From a virus: a stretch of DNA of 64,000 bases. Shown here piece by piece: positions 39,138 through 48,539 of this stretch (position 1 is the first letter of the stretch; the number at the start of each line of letters is the position of its first letter). The notes below the pieces were generated by a model that saw only the letters and a program-made list of their open reading frames with translations, did not search any database and was not told where the DNA came from. The stretch spans positions 1-64,000 of the IMG/VR virus record IMGVR_UViG_3300027749_000093. One strand, given 5' to 3'. Position numbers and translations under genes: made by a program.

Positions 39138-39832
39138 AAAAAATATCCATCGCAATTCCATCATGGAATAGGTACGAAATGACATTAGAATCCTTTGCAT
39201 CTGTAATGGATGACGAAAGAATAGAAGAAATAATTATTTCAGATGATGCAAGTGACATAGACTTGTATTATACACTAAAGGCAGCAGTAAGTTCTATGCC
39301 TAAAATAAAGATATTTAGAAACAAAGAAAACCAAGATTGCTATAAGAACAAATGTATAGCAGCAAGTTTGTGTAAGTCAGAATTTATAATTATATTTGAT
39401 AGCGATAACCAATTGAATAAAGCATATTTAGATGCGATTTATAATGAAGAATGGGATGAGAAAGTAATTTTTGCCCCTTCATTTGCTAAACCAACATTTG
39501 ATTATCGTGCATTTTCAGGTTTGACAATAACAAAAGAGAATATAAACGAATACTTTGATAAACCAATGTTTTCTACGATGCTTAACACAATGAATTTTTT
39601 TATAAATAGAAAACAATACTTAGACATTTGGGATGGCGAGGTAAACCCTGTGACAGCAGATAGTATTTATTTTAATTATTGTTGGTTAGCAACAGGAAAT
39701 AAAATAAAGGTAGTAGAAGGAATGGAATACAAACACTTAGTACATTCAGGAAGTCATTATGTAAATAATGTTTCTAGAACAGGAAACTTTTACGAAGAAG
39801 TAGAAACCAAAATAAGAAATATATGTCAATAG
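39134..39832 (+). CDS. Glycosyltransferase family 2 (GT-A)
   Basis: ISIAIP.WNR, EIIISDDAS, IFDSDN. Confidence 0.88.
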   Translation: MKKISIAIPSWNRYEMTLESFASVMDDERIEEIIISDDASDIDLYYTLKAAVSSMPKIKIFRNKENQDCYKNKCIAASLCKSEFIIIFDSDNQLNKAYLDAIYNEEWDEKVIFAPSFAKPTFDYRAFSGLTITKENINEYFDKPMFSTMLNTMNFFINRKQYLDIWDGEVNPVTADSIYFNYCWLATGNKIKVVEGMEYKHLVHSGSHYVNNVSRTGNFYEEVETKIRNICQ

Positions 39833-40575
39833 TTCAATCAAGAAGTTACGGGAGACTTGGGAACGTATTGTTTCAAATAGCTGCTGCTGCATCTTACGCA
39901 TTAAAACATAACCTAGAATTTTCTGTACCAAATGAAACTAATGATGAATATTGGAATCCATTATACTTACAACACTTACATAACGACAAATGGGTTAATG
40001 GCATAGAAGACATACTTGTAAACGAAAACGGATTTAGATTTCAAGACATTCCATTTGACGAATATTGGAGGGGAAAACAAATAGTCTTAAATGGTTATTG
40101 GCAGTCATGGAAGTACCTAGAAGAATACAGAAAGGAAATATTATACCTATTTGATTTAAGATGGAAACTAAAGCCACAGACTGCATCTATACATATTCGC
40201 AGAGGTGACTACTTACATTTAACCGATAAGCATCCACCATACACATTAGAATACCTAAACGATGCCATTAATTATTTAATAAACAATACAGGAGTAGAAA
40301 ACTTTGAAGTTTATTCAGATGATACAGCATGGTGTTTGGAAAATTTAAACCACATACCAAACATTAAAATAATTGAAACAGGAAACGAATTAGAAGATAT
40401 GGTTGAAGCATCATGTTGTGCATTTAACATTTGTTGTTCTAGTACATTCTCGTTTTGGATTGCTTGGCTTAACAGAAACCCAAATAAAATTTGTATATTC
40501 CCTAAACTATGGTTTGTGGAAGGATATCATCTAGATACAACCGATTTACTAGACCCATCATGGATAAAACTTTAA
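39823..40575 (+). CDS. Glycosyltransferase family 11 (alpha-1,2-fucosyltransferase-like)
   Basis: GRLGN.LFQ, GYWQS.KY, HIRRGDY, YSDD..WC, STFS.W.AWL. Confidence 0.92.
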   Translation: MSIVQSRSYGRLGNVLFQIAAAASYALKHNLEFSVPNETNDEYWNPLYLQHLHNDKWVNGIEDILVNENGFRFQDIPFDEYWRGKQIVLNGYWQSWKYLEEYRKEILYLFDLRWKLKPQTASIHIRRGDYLHLTDKHPPYTLEYLNDAINYLINNTGVENFEVYSDDTAWCLENLNHIPNIKIIETGNELEDMVEASCCAFNICCSSTFSFWIAWLNRNPNKICIFPKLWFVEGYHLDTTDLLDPSWIKL

Positions 40576-40577
40576 AT

Positions 40578-41177
40578 ATGTACGCATTAACAATTGAACC
40601 CGATAGTGTAATGTTTGACTTTGCATTATACTATGATATGGTAGCAGAAAGACTACCTGATAACTGTAAGATTGCAGAAGTAGGAATAGCTAATGGTAAA
40701 TCAGCCATATACCTAGCAGAAAAAATATTGTCTTTAGGTAAAAAAATAGACAGATTTGTATTAATAGATTCTATGCAATATGGTGGTAATGTACAGATAC
40801 AAACAATAGTAAATCACTTAGTAAAAAGTGGTGTAGGGGAAAGTTGTGAACTTATTATAAAAGGAAGCCTTGATGCTAGTTGCGAATTCCCTGATGATTA
40901 TTTTGATTATGTTTTTATAGATGCATCACACGAATACGAATTAACAAAAGCAGATATAAGACTTTGGCACAGAAAAGTAAAAGGAGACGGATTTCTTTCA
41001 GGACACGATTACAATGCAACAGATGTAAGAAATGCAGTAGATGAAGTACTACCTACATTTACGGTATATGTTAACCAACAAACTCCAACTAAAATATTAG
41101 AATCCATTATAACAGATAATAATTGGGGTATTTGGGAATACACAATTAATTGGCAAACTAAAAAAGTAATAAAATGA
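40578..41177 (+). CDS. Class I SAM methyltransferase (Methyltransf_24-like)
   Basis: EVG...GKS, FIDASH.YE...DI..W...VK..G...GHDY. Confidence 0.88.
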   Translation: MYALTIEPDSVMFDFALYYDMVAERLPDNCKIAEVGIANGKSAIYLAEKILSLGKKIDRFVLIDSMQYGGNVQIQTIVNHLVKSGVGESCELIIKGSLDASCEFPDDYFDYVFIDASHEYELTKADIRLWHRKVKGDGFLSGHDYNATDVRNAVDEVLPTFTVYVNQQTPTKILESIITDNNWGIWEYTINWQTKKVIK

Positions 41178-42169
41178 AAACAGCATTAGTTTTAGGTGGA
41201 CATGGAATGATAGGAATGCAACTTGTCAAAAGACTTAAAAAAGAAGGATTTTGGGTAAGGTCGGTAGATATAAAACAACCTGAATTTAGTAAGTCAGAAG
41301 CAGACCAAAGTTTAATATTAGATTTAAGAAGTGAATTTAATATGTCTAAAGTTTTATTTTCACCAAATCAATTAAATATTTCAGATAAAGAAAATTCTTT
41401 TGATGAAGTGTATATGTTGGCAGCGCAAATGGGCGGTGCTTTGTATGTATTCAGTAAAGAAAATGATGCAGATATTATACATGATTCAGCTATAATGAAT
41501 CTTCATGTAGCATCAATAGCAGCTAAATTAAGTATCAAAAAATTATTTTTTAGTAGTTCAGCTTGTTGTTATTCAGAAAGATTACAAGAAGATTTAAATA
41601 GTGCAGCATTAAAAGAAAGTAGTGCATGGGAAGGAAAACCTGATTCTGTTTATGGAATAGAAAAATTAATATCAGAACAAGTATATGATTCTTATCGCAG
41701 AAATTATGGATTAGATGTAAGAATAGGCAGATTTCATAATATATTTTCAACAGAATGTACATACAAAGGAGGAAGAGAAAAATCACCTGCAGCAGTATGT
41801 AGAAAAGTTGCCGAAGCAAAAGATGGAGATTCGATTGAAATATGGGGAGATGGATTGCAACAAAGGTCATTTCTATGGATAGAAGAATGCTTGGATGGAA
41901 TCAGAAAACTAATGGATAGCGATTATGTGCATCCTATCAATATTGGTTCTGACGAAATGATTTCAATTAATGATTTAGCAAAAATGGTTATTGAAATTAG
42001 TGGCAAAAATCTTACAATAAAAAATGTAGAATCAAATGCTATTGGTGTTAGGGGTAGAAATAGCGACAATACACTTATAAAAGAAGTATTAGATTGGACT
42101 CCAACACAACCACTTAGAAAAGGAATGGAAAGTCTTTATTCATGGATTAATAAACAAGTATCATGCTAA
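41174..42169 (+). CDS. GDP-mannose 3,5-epimerase-like extended SDR
   Basis: GG.G.IG; AA.MGG; SSACCY; YG.EKL; GGREK.PAA.CRK; WGDG.Q.RSF; GVRGRNSDN. Confidence 0.88.
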   Translation: MKTALVLGGHGMIGMQLVKRLKKEGFWVRSVDIKQPEFSKSEADQSLILDLRSEFNMSKVLFSPNQLNISDKENSFDEVYMLAAQMGGALYVFSKENDADIIHDSAIMNLHVASIAAKLSIKKLFFSSSACCYSERLQEDLNSAALKESSAWEGKPDSVYGIEKLISEQVYDSYRRNYGLDVRIGRFHNIFSTECTYKGGREKSPAAVCRKVAEAKDGDSIEIWGDGLQQRSFLWIEECLDGIRKLMDSDYVHPINIGSDEMISINDLAKMVIEISGKNLTIKNVESNAIGVRGRNSDNTLIKEVLDWTPTQPLRKGMESLYSWINKQVSC

Positions 42170-42795
42170 TACCATTACAACCAATACTAGAGAAATATAA
42201 TATTAAACTTAATGGTGTTGCACATATTGGCGCACATTGGGCGCAAGAGAATTCTACTTATATCGAATGCGGATGTAAGGAGTTTTTATATGTCGAACCT
42301 GTTAAACAAGCGTTTAATATTTTAGTAGAAAAGTTTAAGGATAACGATAATGTAATACTTAAAAACTTTGCAATAGGAAGTACTCCATCAATAGGGGTAA
42401 TGTATGTTGATACCACAAATCAAGGGCAAAGCAATAGTTTATTAGAACCATTAGTACACCTAGAACAACACAAAGAAGTAATATTTAATGGAGAACCTGA
42501 AGTAGTAAAAGTTGTGACACTAGATTCATTAAACATTTCTAAGAACTTGAACTTATTAATGATAGATACGCAAGGGTATGAATTAGAAGTTTTAAAAGGT
42601 TCTACTTCTGTATTGAATCAATTTGATTTATTATATCTAGAAGTAAATAGGGAAGAAACATATAAAGGATGCCCTATGGTAGAAGAATTAGATGAGTTTT
42701 TAAAAGAATATAAATTTACAAGGGTAGAAACAAAATGGGCTTCTGACTACCATTCTTGGGGTGATGCAGTTTGGATTAAAAATAATTTGTTATGA
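42163..42795 (+). CDS. FkbM-family methyltransferase
   Basis: HIGAH, EP, SNSLLEP, IDTQGYELEVLKG, EVN....Y.G, WGDA. Confidence 0.9.
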   Translation: MLIPLQPILEKYNIKLNGVAHIGAHWAQENSTYIECGCKEFLYVEPVKQAFNILVEKFKDNDNVILKNFAIGSTPSIGVMYVDTTNQGQSNSLLEPLVHLEQHKEVIFNGEPEVVKVVTLDSLNISKNLNLLMIDTQGYELEVLKGSTSVLNQFDLLYLEVNREETYKGCPMVEELDEFLKEYKFTRVETKWASDYHSWGDAVWIKNNLL

Positions 42796-43547
42796 TAGGT
42801 ATTTATAAAATAACTTCTCCTAATAATAAAATATATATAGGGCAAAGTATTGATATAGAAAATAGAGTTAAAAAAAATTATAGTAAAGGATTATGTAAAA
42901 ATCAAATATTTCTTTATAATTCTATAAAAAAATATGGTTGGAATAATCATAAATTTGAAATAGTAAAAGAATGCATGATTAATGAATTAAATTATTTAGA
43001 AAAATTTTATATTAAATTTTATAATAGTTTTAATACAAAAAATGGATTAAATTTAAGAAGTGGTGGCAGTTCTACTTCTAAAGTATCAGAAATAACTAAA
43101 GAAAAAATGTCTAAATCTTGGGAAAACGGGAAAAGGACAAATAAATCTAAAGAATTACATAATGCTGCAAGAAAAATAAATCAATATACAATAGATAATG
43201 TTTTTATAAGAACATGGGATTATATCTCTCAAGTAGAAAATGAATTAGGTTTTTATAGAAGCAATATATGTAAGGCTTGTAAAGGAAAATGTTATTCCGC
43301 ATATGGTTATAGATGGTCGTATATAGATGAAGAAAAAACATATAATACAATGCGTATGGGAATGAAACAAAGAATACCTGTTTATCAATATTCATTAAAT
43401 GGAGAATTTATTAAAAAATGGGATTTTGTAAATGATGCTGCGATATATGTAAATGGAAGTGTTGTTGGTATAAATAAATGTTGTCATGGTATTTATAAAA
43501 AAGCATATAAATATATATGGTCTTTTAATTTTAATCAAAAATCATAA
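42792..43547 (+). CDS. GIY-YIG homing endonuclease with NUMOD1 repeats
   Basis: GIYKITSP..KIYIGQS; two QY...G.FI..W...I...C.G....AY.Y.W units. Confidence 0.88.
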   Translation: MIGIYKITSPNNKIYIGQSIDIENRVKKNYSKGLCKNQIFLYNSIKKYGWNNHKFEIVKECMINELNYLEKFYIKFYNSFNTKNGLNLRSGGSSTSKVSEITKEKMSKSWENGKRTNKSKELHNAARKINQYTIDNVFIRTWDYISQVENELGFYRSNICKACKGKCYSAYGYRWSYIDEEKTYNTMRMGMKQRIPVYQYSLNGEFIKKWDFVNDAAIYVNGSVVGINKCCHGIYKKAYKYIWSFNFNQKS

Positions 43548-43550
43548 TTT

Positions 43551-44354
43551 ATGATTGACGTACCTGATTGGGCAAAACCTCAAATTTTTACTGTATATCC
43601 ATACGAAAATTTATTAATTTTTGAAGAGTGGGTAATAATGCAATCATTGCCTGAAACCAATCGTGAATATCTACCTGTAATGTGGACATCTTATCAAGTA
43701 AATAATAATTATGGAAATGATGTAGAAGCACTAGTAAGACTTCAGAATTTTATAAACGAACTACCAAAGGACAAAAAGTATTGGACAATTGTTCAGTATG
43801 ATGATGGTATTTTAGTAGATGTTTCAAGAATAGATTTGTTACAGTTTAGTATGAGTAAAAATATAGGTATTCCAATTCCTTTATTATCTATGCCACATTC
43901 TTATGTTCCCATTAAAGAAAAGAATTACATCGCATCATTTATAGGCACACATACGCATCCAATAAGAGAAAAAATATTTAACATAACTAGCAAGGGTTAT
44001 TACATATCTGATGCAGCACATAATACAAAAGAATTTTGTAAAATAATATCAGAGTCTGATTTTGGTTTGTGTCCTCGTGGATATGGACTTAATAGCTTTA
44101 GAATAGGGGAATGTATGCAGTATGGTACAATACCGGTTTATATATCAGATGAGTTTGTTATACCACTCGATTTAGATTTCTCAGAATACGGGATATTAAT
44201 ACCTGAATGCGATGCTGATAACATTGAAAGAATACTGAAAAGTTACACCCCGTTGCAAATAATTGATATGCAAGATAAGTGTAAGCAAGTTTATCAAGAA
44301 TATTATACATATGCAGGGGCTTTAAACAAAATTATGAAATATCTTGAAATCTAA
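43551..44354 (+). CDS. Exostosin-like glycosyltransferase (GT47)
   Basis: S.F.LCPRGYG..SFR..E....G.IPVYISD...P. Confidence 0.85.
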   Translation: MIDVPDWAKPQIFTVYPYENLLIFEEWVIMQSLPETNREYLPVMWTSYQVNNNYGNDVEALVRLQNFINELPKDKKYWTIVQYDDGILVDVSRIDLLQFSMSKNIGIPIPLLSMPHSYVPIKEKNYIASFIGTHTHPIREKIFNITSKGYYISDAAHNTKEFCKIISESDFGLCPRGYGLNSFRIGECMQYGTIPVYISDEFVIPLDLDFSEYGILIPECDADNIERILKSYTPLQIIDMQDKCKQVYQEYYTYAGALNKIMKYLEI

Positions 44355-44904
44355 TATTATTCATAGCATATATTATCAAGAACGATTACCTAGATTATTA
44401 AACGAATTGTCTAGTAATGGTATAACTGATTATGAATTATGGGAAGGTATAATTGACCAAAAGTCAAGTCAAAAAGGTATCAATCAAAGCCACAAACAAA
44501 TAGTAGAATACGCACAATTAGCTAAGTGGGATGAGGTACTAATAATGGAAGATGATATTAGATTCTGTGGTGAAGGTTCATTTGAATATTTCTTACAAAA
44601 CAAGCCTGAATCATTTGATATTTATTTAGCAGGCATTTACATGGGGGAAATACTACCTGATAATACGGTAAAAACATTCTCAGGACTTCATTGCTACATA
44701 GTACATTCTAAGTTCTATGAAAAGTTTTTATCTACACCAACCGATGCGCATATTGATAGGGCTTTATCTGAGTTAGGTGAGTTTAAAGTATGCAATCCTT
44801 TTGCTGCAATTCAATACAATGGATTCTCTTCAAACACTAGAAAAGAAGAAAATTATGATTATTTACTAAATAATCGGGAATTATATGGTAATTTTGTACT
44901 ATAA
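44344..44904 (+). CDS. Second GT25-like glycosyltransferase
   Basis: G...SH..I, VLIMEDD..F, P..FDI..G, HCYIV, HID. Confidence 0.82.
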   Translation: MKSNIIHSIYYQERLPRLLNELSSNGITDYELWEGIIDQKSSQKGINQSHKQIVEYAQLAKWDEVLIMEDDIRFCGEGSFEYFLQNKPESFDIYLAGIYMGEILPDNTVKTFSGLHCYIVHSKFYEKFLSTPTDAHIDRALSELGEFKVCNPFAAIQYNGFSSNTRKEENYDYLLNNRELYGNFVL

Positions 44905-44969
44905 ATATATTTATTTGTTTTTTTAACAAAATTTTAAGTACTTTGGGTACGGATTAAAATTCCTTAACA

Positions 44970-47381
44970 TTGGCAGAGAACAATTTATACGGATACCCTG
45001 ATTCACAAATAGACCCAAGGTTGAAAAACTACGATTGGATTCTTCAATTTGTGAAAGCAGCATACTACGATAATAGAGGGTTTATTCCTTCTACACCTCT
45101 TAATTCAGGGCAATCAAAAATGCAGGAGATTAAGGAATATGCGCTTGGGCAACAAAGTATTAATAAGTACAAGAAAGAACTTCTTGCCGATGAGCAACAA
45201 GATACTACTTGGCAAGCAATAGATTGGACACCTTTAGCATTATTACCTAAGTACAGGGAGATTGCTATTTCTAAGATGTTTCAAGAAAAATACGACATTC
45301 AAGCATTCGCAGTAGACCCATTAGCAAAAAGTGAAGAAGATGATTATTTTAACAAAATGAAGGTTAAGATAATGCTTCGTGAGGAAGCTATGAAAATGGG
45401 TGATGCAGGTAAAGAAATAGCAGACAATCCTATCCTAAAGCCACAGCAAGGTGAACCACAGGACATGGAACAACTAGCTATGGAACAAAACTATGGCTAC
45501 AAACACATCATGTCAATGGAAGCAGAAGAGTTAAATACTCTTATAATGCAACAAAATGATGGCGAAGAACTAAGAAAAAGAACTGTTGAATATTTATACG
45601 ATTTTGGTATTGGTGGGTATACACAATGGATTGATGAGAATGGCATGGTAAAAGTGAGGGAGATTAATCCTGAACAATTAGTAATGTCTTATTGTTCTAA
45701 AAATAACTTTTCTGATTTAACACATTGGGGAGAAATTATTGAAGTTTATGTAGGTGATTTAGCCCCATACTTTACAGAAGAACAACTAAAAACAATAGTA
45801 CAAAGTGTAGCAGGTAAATATGGTAACCCATCTAACTTTGCATATGGTGCTGACTTGTCTAAGTATTGGAACAGATTTAAAGTACTTGTATTAGACTTTA
45901 AATTCTTATCATGGAATACAACTTACTACAAAAACGAAATTGACGGAAGAGGTAACACAAGATTTAATAAAACTAAGTTTCAAACAATTGGTGCTGATGG
46001 AATACTTAGAGATGAATATAAAGAACCATTTGAAGAATCAGGTTATAAAGGAAGTGAAGACCCTAAGTTTATGGATATTACTAGAAAAGTAGTATACAAA
46101 TGCAAGTGGCTTATCCAAACTAATTTCATGTACGATTATGGTTTGTCCGAAAATATGGTTCGGAAGCCGTCATCATGGTGGGATACTACCTTAGATGTAC
46201 AATTGTATTCATGGAACTTTTACAAAATGAAGTTCTCAGGTATTACCGAAAGACTAATACCACTAGAAGACAAGGCTTGTTTGACATGGTATAAATTGCA
46301 GAATTTAACCAACAAACTTGTACCTTATTTAATAAACTTGGATTTGACTGCTTTTGAAGGAGTAAACTTTGGTAAGGGTGGTGGAAATGCCACCCCATCA
46401 GAGATTATTGACTTCATCTTTACCAACTTTGTTGTACCGCACAGAAGCCATGACTTATTAAGGCAGAACCCTAACTACAAACCTGTAAGTATTGAAGCTA
46501 GTGGACAATTAGCCCTATTTACTCAGTTGTATGAAGACTTAAACAATACTATCGCTATGATGCGACAAGTATCAGGTTTAAATGAAGTAACAGATGCTAG
46601 CACACCTAATTCTAAGAATCTTAATTCTACTAACGCAGCAGCAGTACAAAGTACAAACAATGCGTTATTTCTTATACAGAATGCTGACAAACAATTGATA
46701 GTAAAATTAGCTGATGCTAATATAGCAAAAGGACAGATAGCAGTTAAGTTAGGAAAGGTTTCAGGATACAGAAAAGCATTAGGACAGGAGACAGTAAGTT
46801 TCTTACAGATTAATCCTAATATATCTAACCATGAATTTGGTATTTTCTTAGAAGATGCACCATCTGAAGAGCAAAGACAAATGTTTTGGCAAAACCTAAA
46901 TAACAAAGAATATCAAGGACTAATAGAACCTGAAGATAAAATACTTATAATGAGTGTTAGAAATCTTAAACAGGCAGATATTGTCTTAGCATATAGAATC
47001 AAAAAACGCAAAGAAGCAGCACAAGCAGCTAAAATGCAAGAGATTCAAGCACAACAACAAGGACAAGCGCAATTGCAAATGCAGGCTGAACAAATGAAGC
47101 AACAAACACTTCAAATGCAAAGTCAATTAGCAATTCAACTTGAAAACTTGAAAGGAGAATGGCTTTGGAGAATAGAAAGCATGAAGAAAGAAAACGATGC
47201 CAACGAAGCACATATCCAAGCCCAAAGCAAAATAGTATCAAATCAAGTAATGGCAAAAGCTAAAACTGATTCAGCTAACATTGCAGCAGGTAGTCATATT
47301 ACAGGTACACACATGAAAAACCAAGCCGATATGGCAATGACTGAAATAAGTAACGAAACCAAAAAACAAACCAAAAAATAA
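44970..47381 (+). CDS. Portal protein
   Basis: 803 aa, TTG start; YA.G.Q....YK, AVDP, .SGLNE..D, Q-rich C-terminal coil; precedes scaffold and capsid. Confidence 0.85.
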   Translation: MAENNLYGYPDSQIDPRLKNYDWILQFVKAAYYDNRGFIPSTPLNSGQSKMQEIKEYALGQQSINKYKKELLADEQQDTTWQAIDWTPLALLPKYREIAISKMFQEKYDIQAFAVDPLAKSEEDDYFNKMKVKIMLREEAMKMGDAGKEIADNPILKPQQGEPQDMEQLAMEQNYGYKHIMSMEAEELNTLIMQQNDGEELRKRTVEYLYDFGIGGYTQWIDENGMVKVREINPEQLVMSYCSKNNFSDLTHWGEIIEVYVGDLAPYFTEEQLKTIVQSVAGKYGNPSNFAYGADLSKYWNRFKVLVLDFKFLSWNTTYYKNEIDGRGNTRFNKTKFQTIGADGILRDEYKEPFEESGYKGSEDPKFMDITRKVVYKCKWLIQTNFMYDYGLSENMVRKPSSWWDTTLDVQLYSWNFYKMKFSGITERLIPLEDKACLTWYKLQNLTNKLVPYLINLDLTAFEGVNFGKGGGNATPSEIIDFIFTNFVVPHRSHDLLRQNPNYKPVSIEASGQLALFTQLYEDLNNTIAMMRQVSGLNEVTDASTPNSKNLNSTNAAAVQSTNNALFLIQNADKQLIVKLADANIAKGQIAVKLGKVSGYRKALGQETVSFLQINPNISNHEFGIFLEDAPSEEQRQMFWQNLNNKEYQGLIEPEDKILIMSVRNLKQADIVLAYRIKKRKEAAQAAKMQEIQAQQQGQAQLQMQAEQMKQQTLQMQSQLAIQLENLKGEWLWRIESMKKENDANEAHIQAQSKIVSNQVMAKAKTDSANIAAGSHITGTHMKNQADMAMTEISNETKKQTKK

Positions 47382-47386
47382 CCAAT

Positions 47387-48514
47387 ATGGAAGAAGTAGT
47401 TGTAGAACCAATAGTAGCAGCAGAACCAATAGCAGATGTTAAACCTTCGTTTAGCGCAACTGTATTCGGTAATGAACAACCTGCCGTACAAGATGCCCCT
47501 GTGCATCCTACAGAAGTACACCAAGAATCAACACAAGAAAACCAAACACAATCAGAACCTATAATAGATGAAGATGGTGTAAGTAGTTTCTCAATGCCTA
47601 GCTATGGTGACGAACCTGTAACAGCAGAAGCAACTGCAGAAACTAATCTTGCTTGGAAAGAAGCACTTAAACAAGCGGATAGAAAAGAAGTATTAAAAGA
47701 ACTAGGATTAGATGATTTTGATATTGAATTTTCAGAGTTTAGAAAGAATGGTAACGACCCATACAAATACTTAGAAGCAAAATCATTTGATTGGGAACAA
47801 GTTCCTGATATAGATATCGTTATTGAAGACTTTATCAAACAATACCCAACATTTGACTCAAACCAATTAGATAGACTAATCTCTAAAAAATATGGCTATA
47901 TCGATGGTGGAGATGAGGAAGATAATGCCGATGCATTAATTTTAATGAAAGCGGATGCGCATCTGTCAAGACAACAAAGAATAGCAGAACAGAAAAACTT
48001 CAAAATACCACAATCACCGCAAGAGGCGGCAAGTAGTAAAGTAGAACAGTTATATGCAGAACAACAGGAAATAGCCATGCAAAATTATCAGCAGCAGGTT
48101 AACTTCTACAAATCGCATGAGGCTACGCAAAATCTAGTGCAATCCAAAAGAGTTGGAGTTGAAATAGGTGGCGATAAACCTTTTTACTTTAGTGTAGACA
48201 AACCTGAATTGATAACAAAGGCTATTACCGATGGGGAATTATGGCAAAGAATAACCGCAGTTAATCCGCAAGAGGCTGATGCTGCTAAGTTAATTCCTGA
48301 TGTGGCTAAACTTCAAAAATTAGTCATTGCCGCTATGAACCCGAATTATGAAAAAGACTTAGTAAACTATGGCAAATCTTTGGGTTTGAAAAACATAGTT
48401 GAAGAAGGTCAAAATGCTCGCAAACCAAATGGTACTGTTCCCACCGTATCAAATGATTCCCCGTCTATGGCTTGGGGAAGGGCAACACAATCAAACTTTG
48501 GTGGGAGGAAATAA
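47387..48514 (+). CDS. Putative capsid scaffolding protein
   Basis: Acidic, low-complexity N-terminus; between portal and MCP. Confidence 0.7.
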   Translation: MEEVVVEPIVAAEPIADVKPSFSATVFGNEQPAVQDAPVHPTEVHQESTQENQTQSEPIIDEDGVSSFSMPSYGDEPVTAEATAETNLAWKEALKQADRKEVLKELGLDDFDIEFSEFRKNGNDPYKYLEAKSFDWEQVPDIDIVIEDFIKQYPTFDSNQLDRLISKKYGYIDGGDEEDNADALILMKADAHLSRQQRIAEQKNFKIPQSPQEAASSKVEQLYAEQQEIAMQNYQQQVNFYKSHEATQNLVQSKRVGVEIGGDKPFYFSVDKPELITKAITDGELWQRITAVNPQEADAAKLIPDVAKLQKLVIAAMNPNYEKDLVNYGKSLGLKNIVEEGQNARKPNGTVPTVSNDSPSMAWGRATQSNFGGRK

Positions 48515-48539
48515 ATTTTAATGCCCTAAAACAAATATA

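Noticed and set aside
42792-43547. Group I intron or intein hosting the endonuclease
   Set aside because: Flanking genes look complete and there is no non-coding room for an intron core; no intein motifs seen in TerL or helicase.
38517-44904. Host LPS/capsule locus or assembly chimera
   Set aside because: Genes are coupled to terL and lie between terL and portal with similar composition; no wzx/wzy/ABC export genes.
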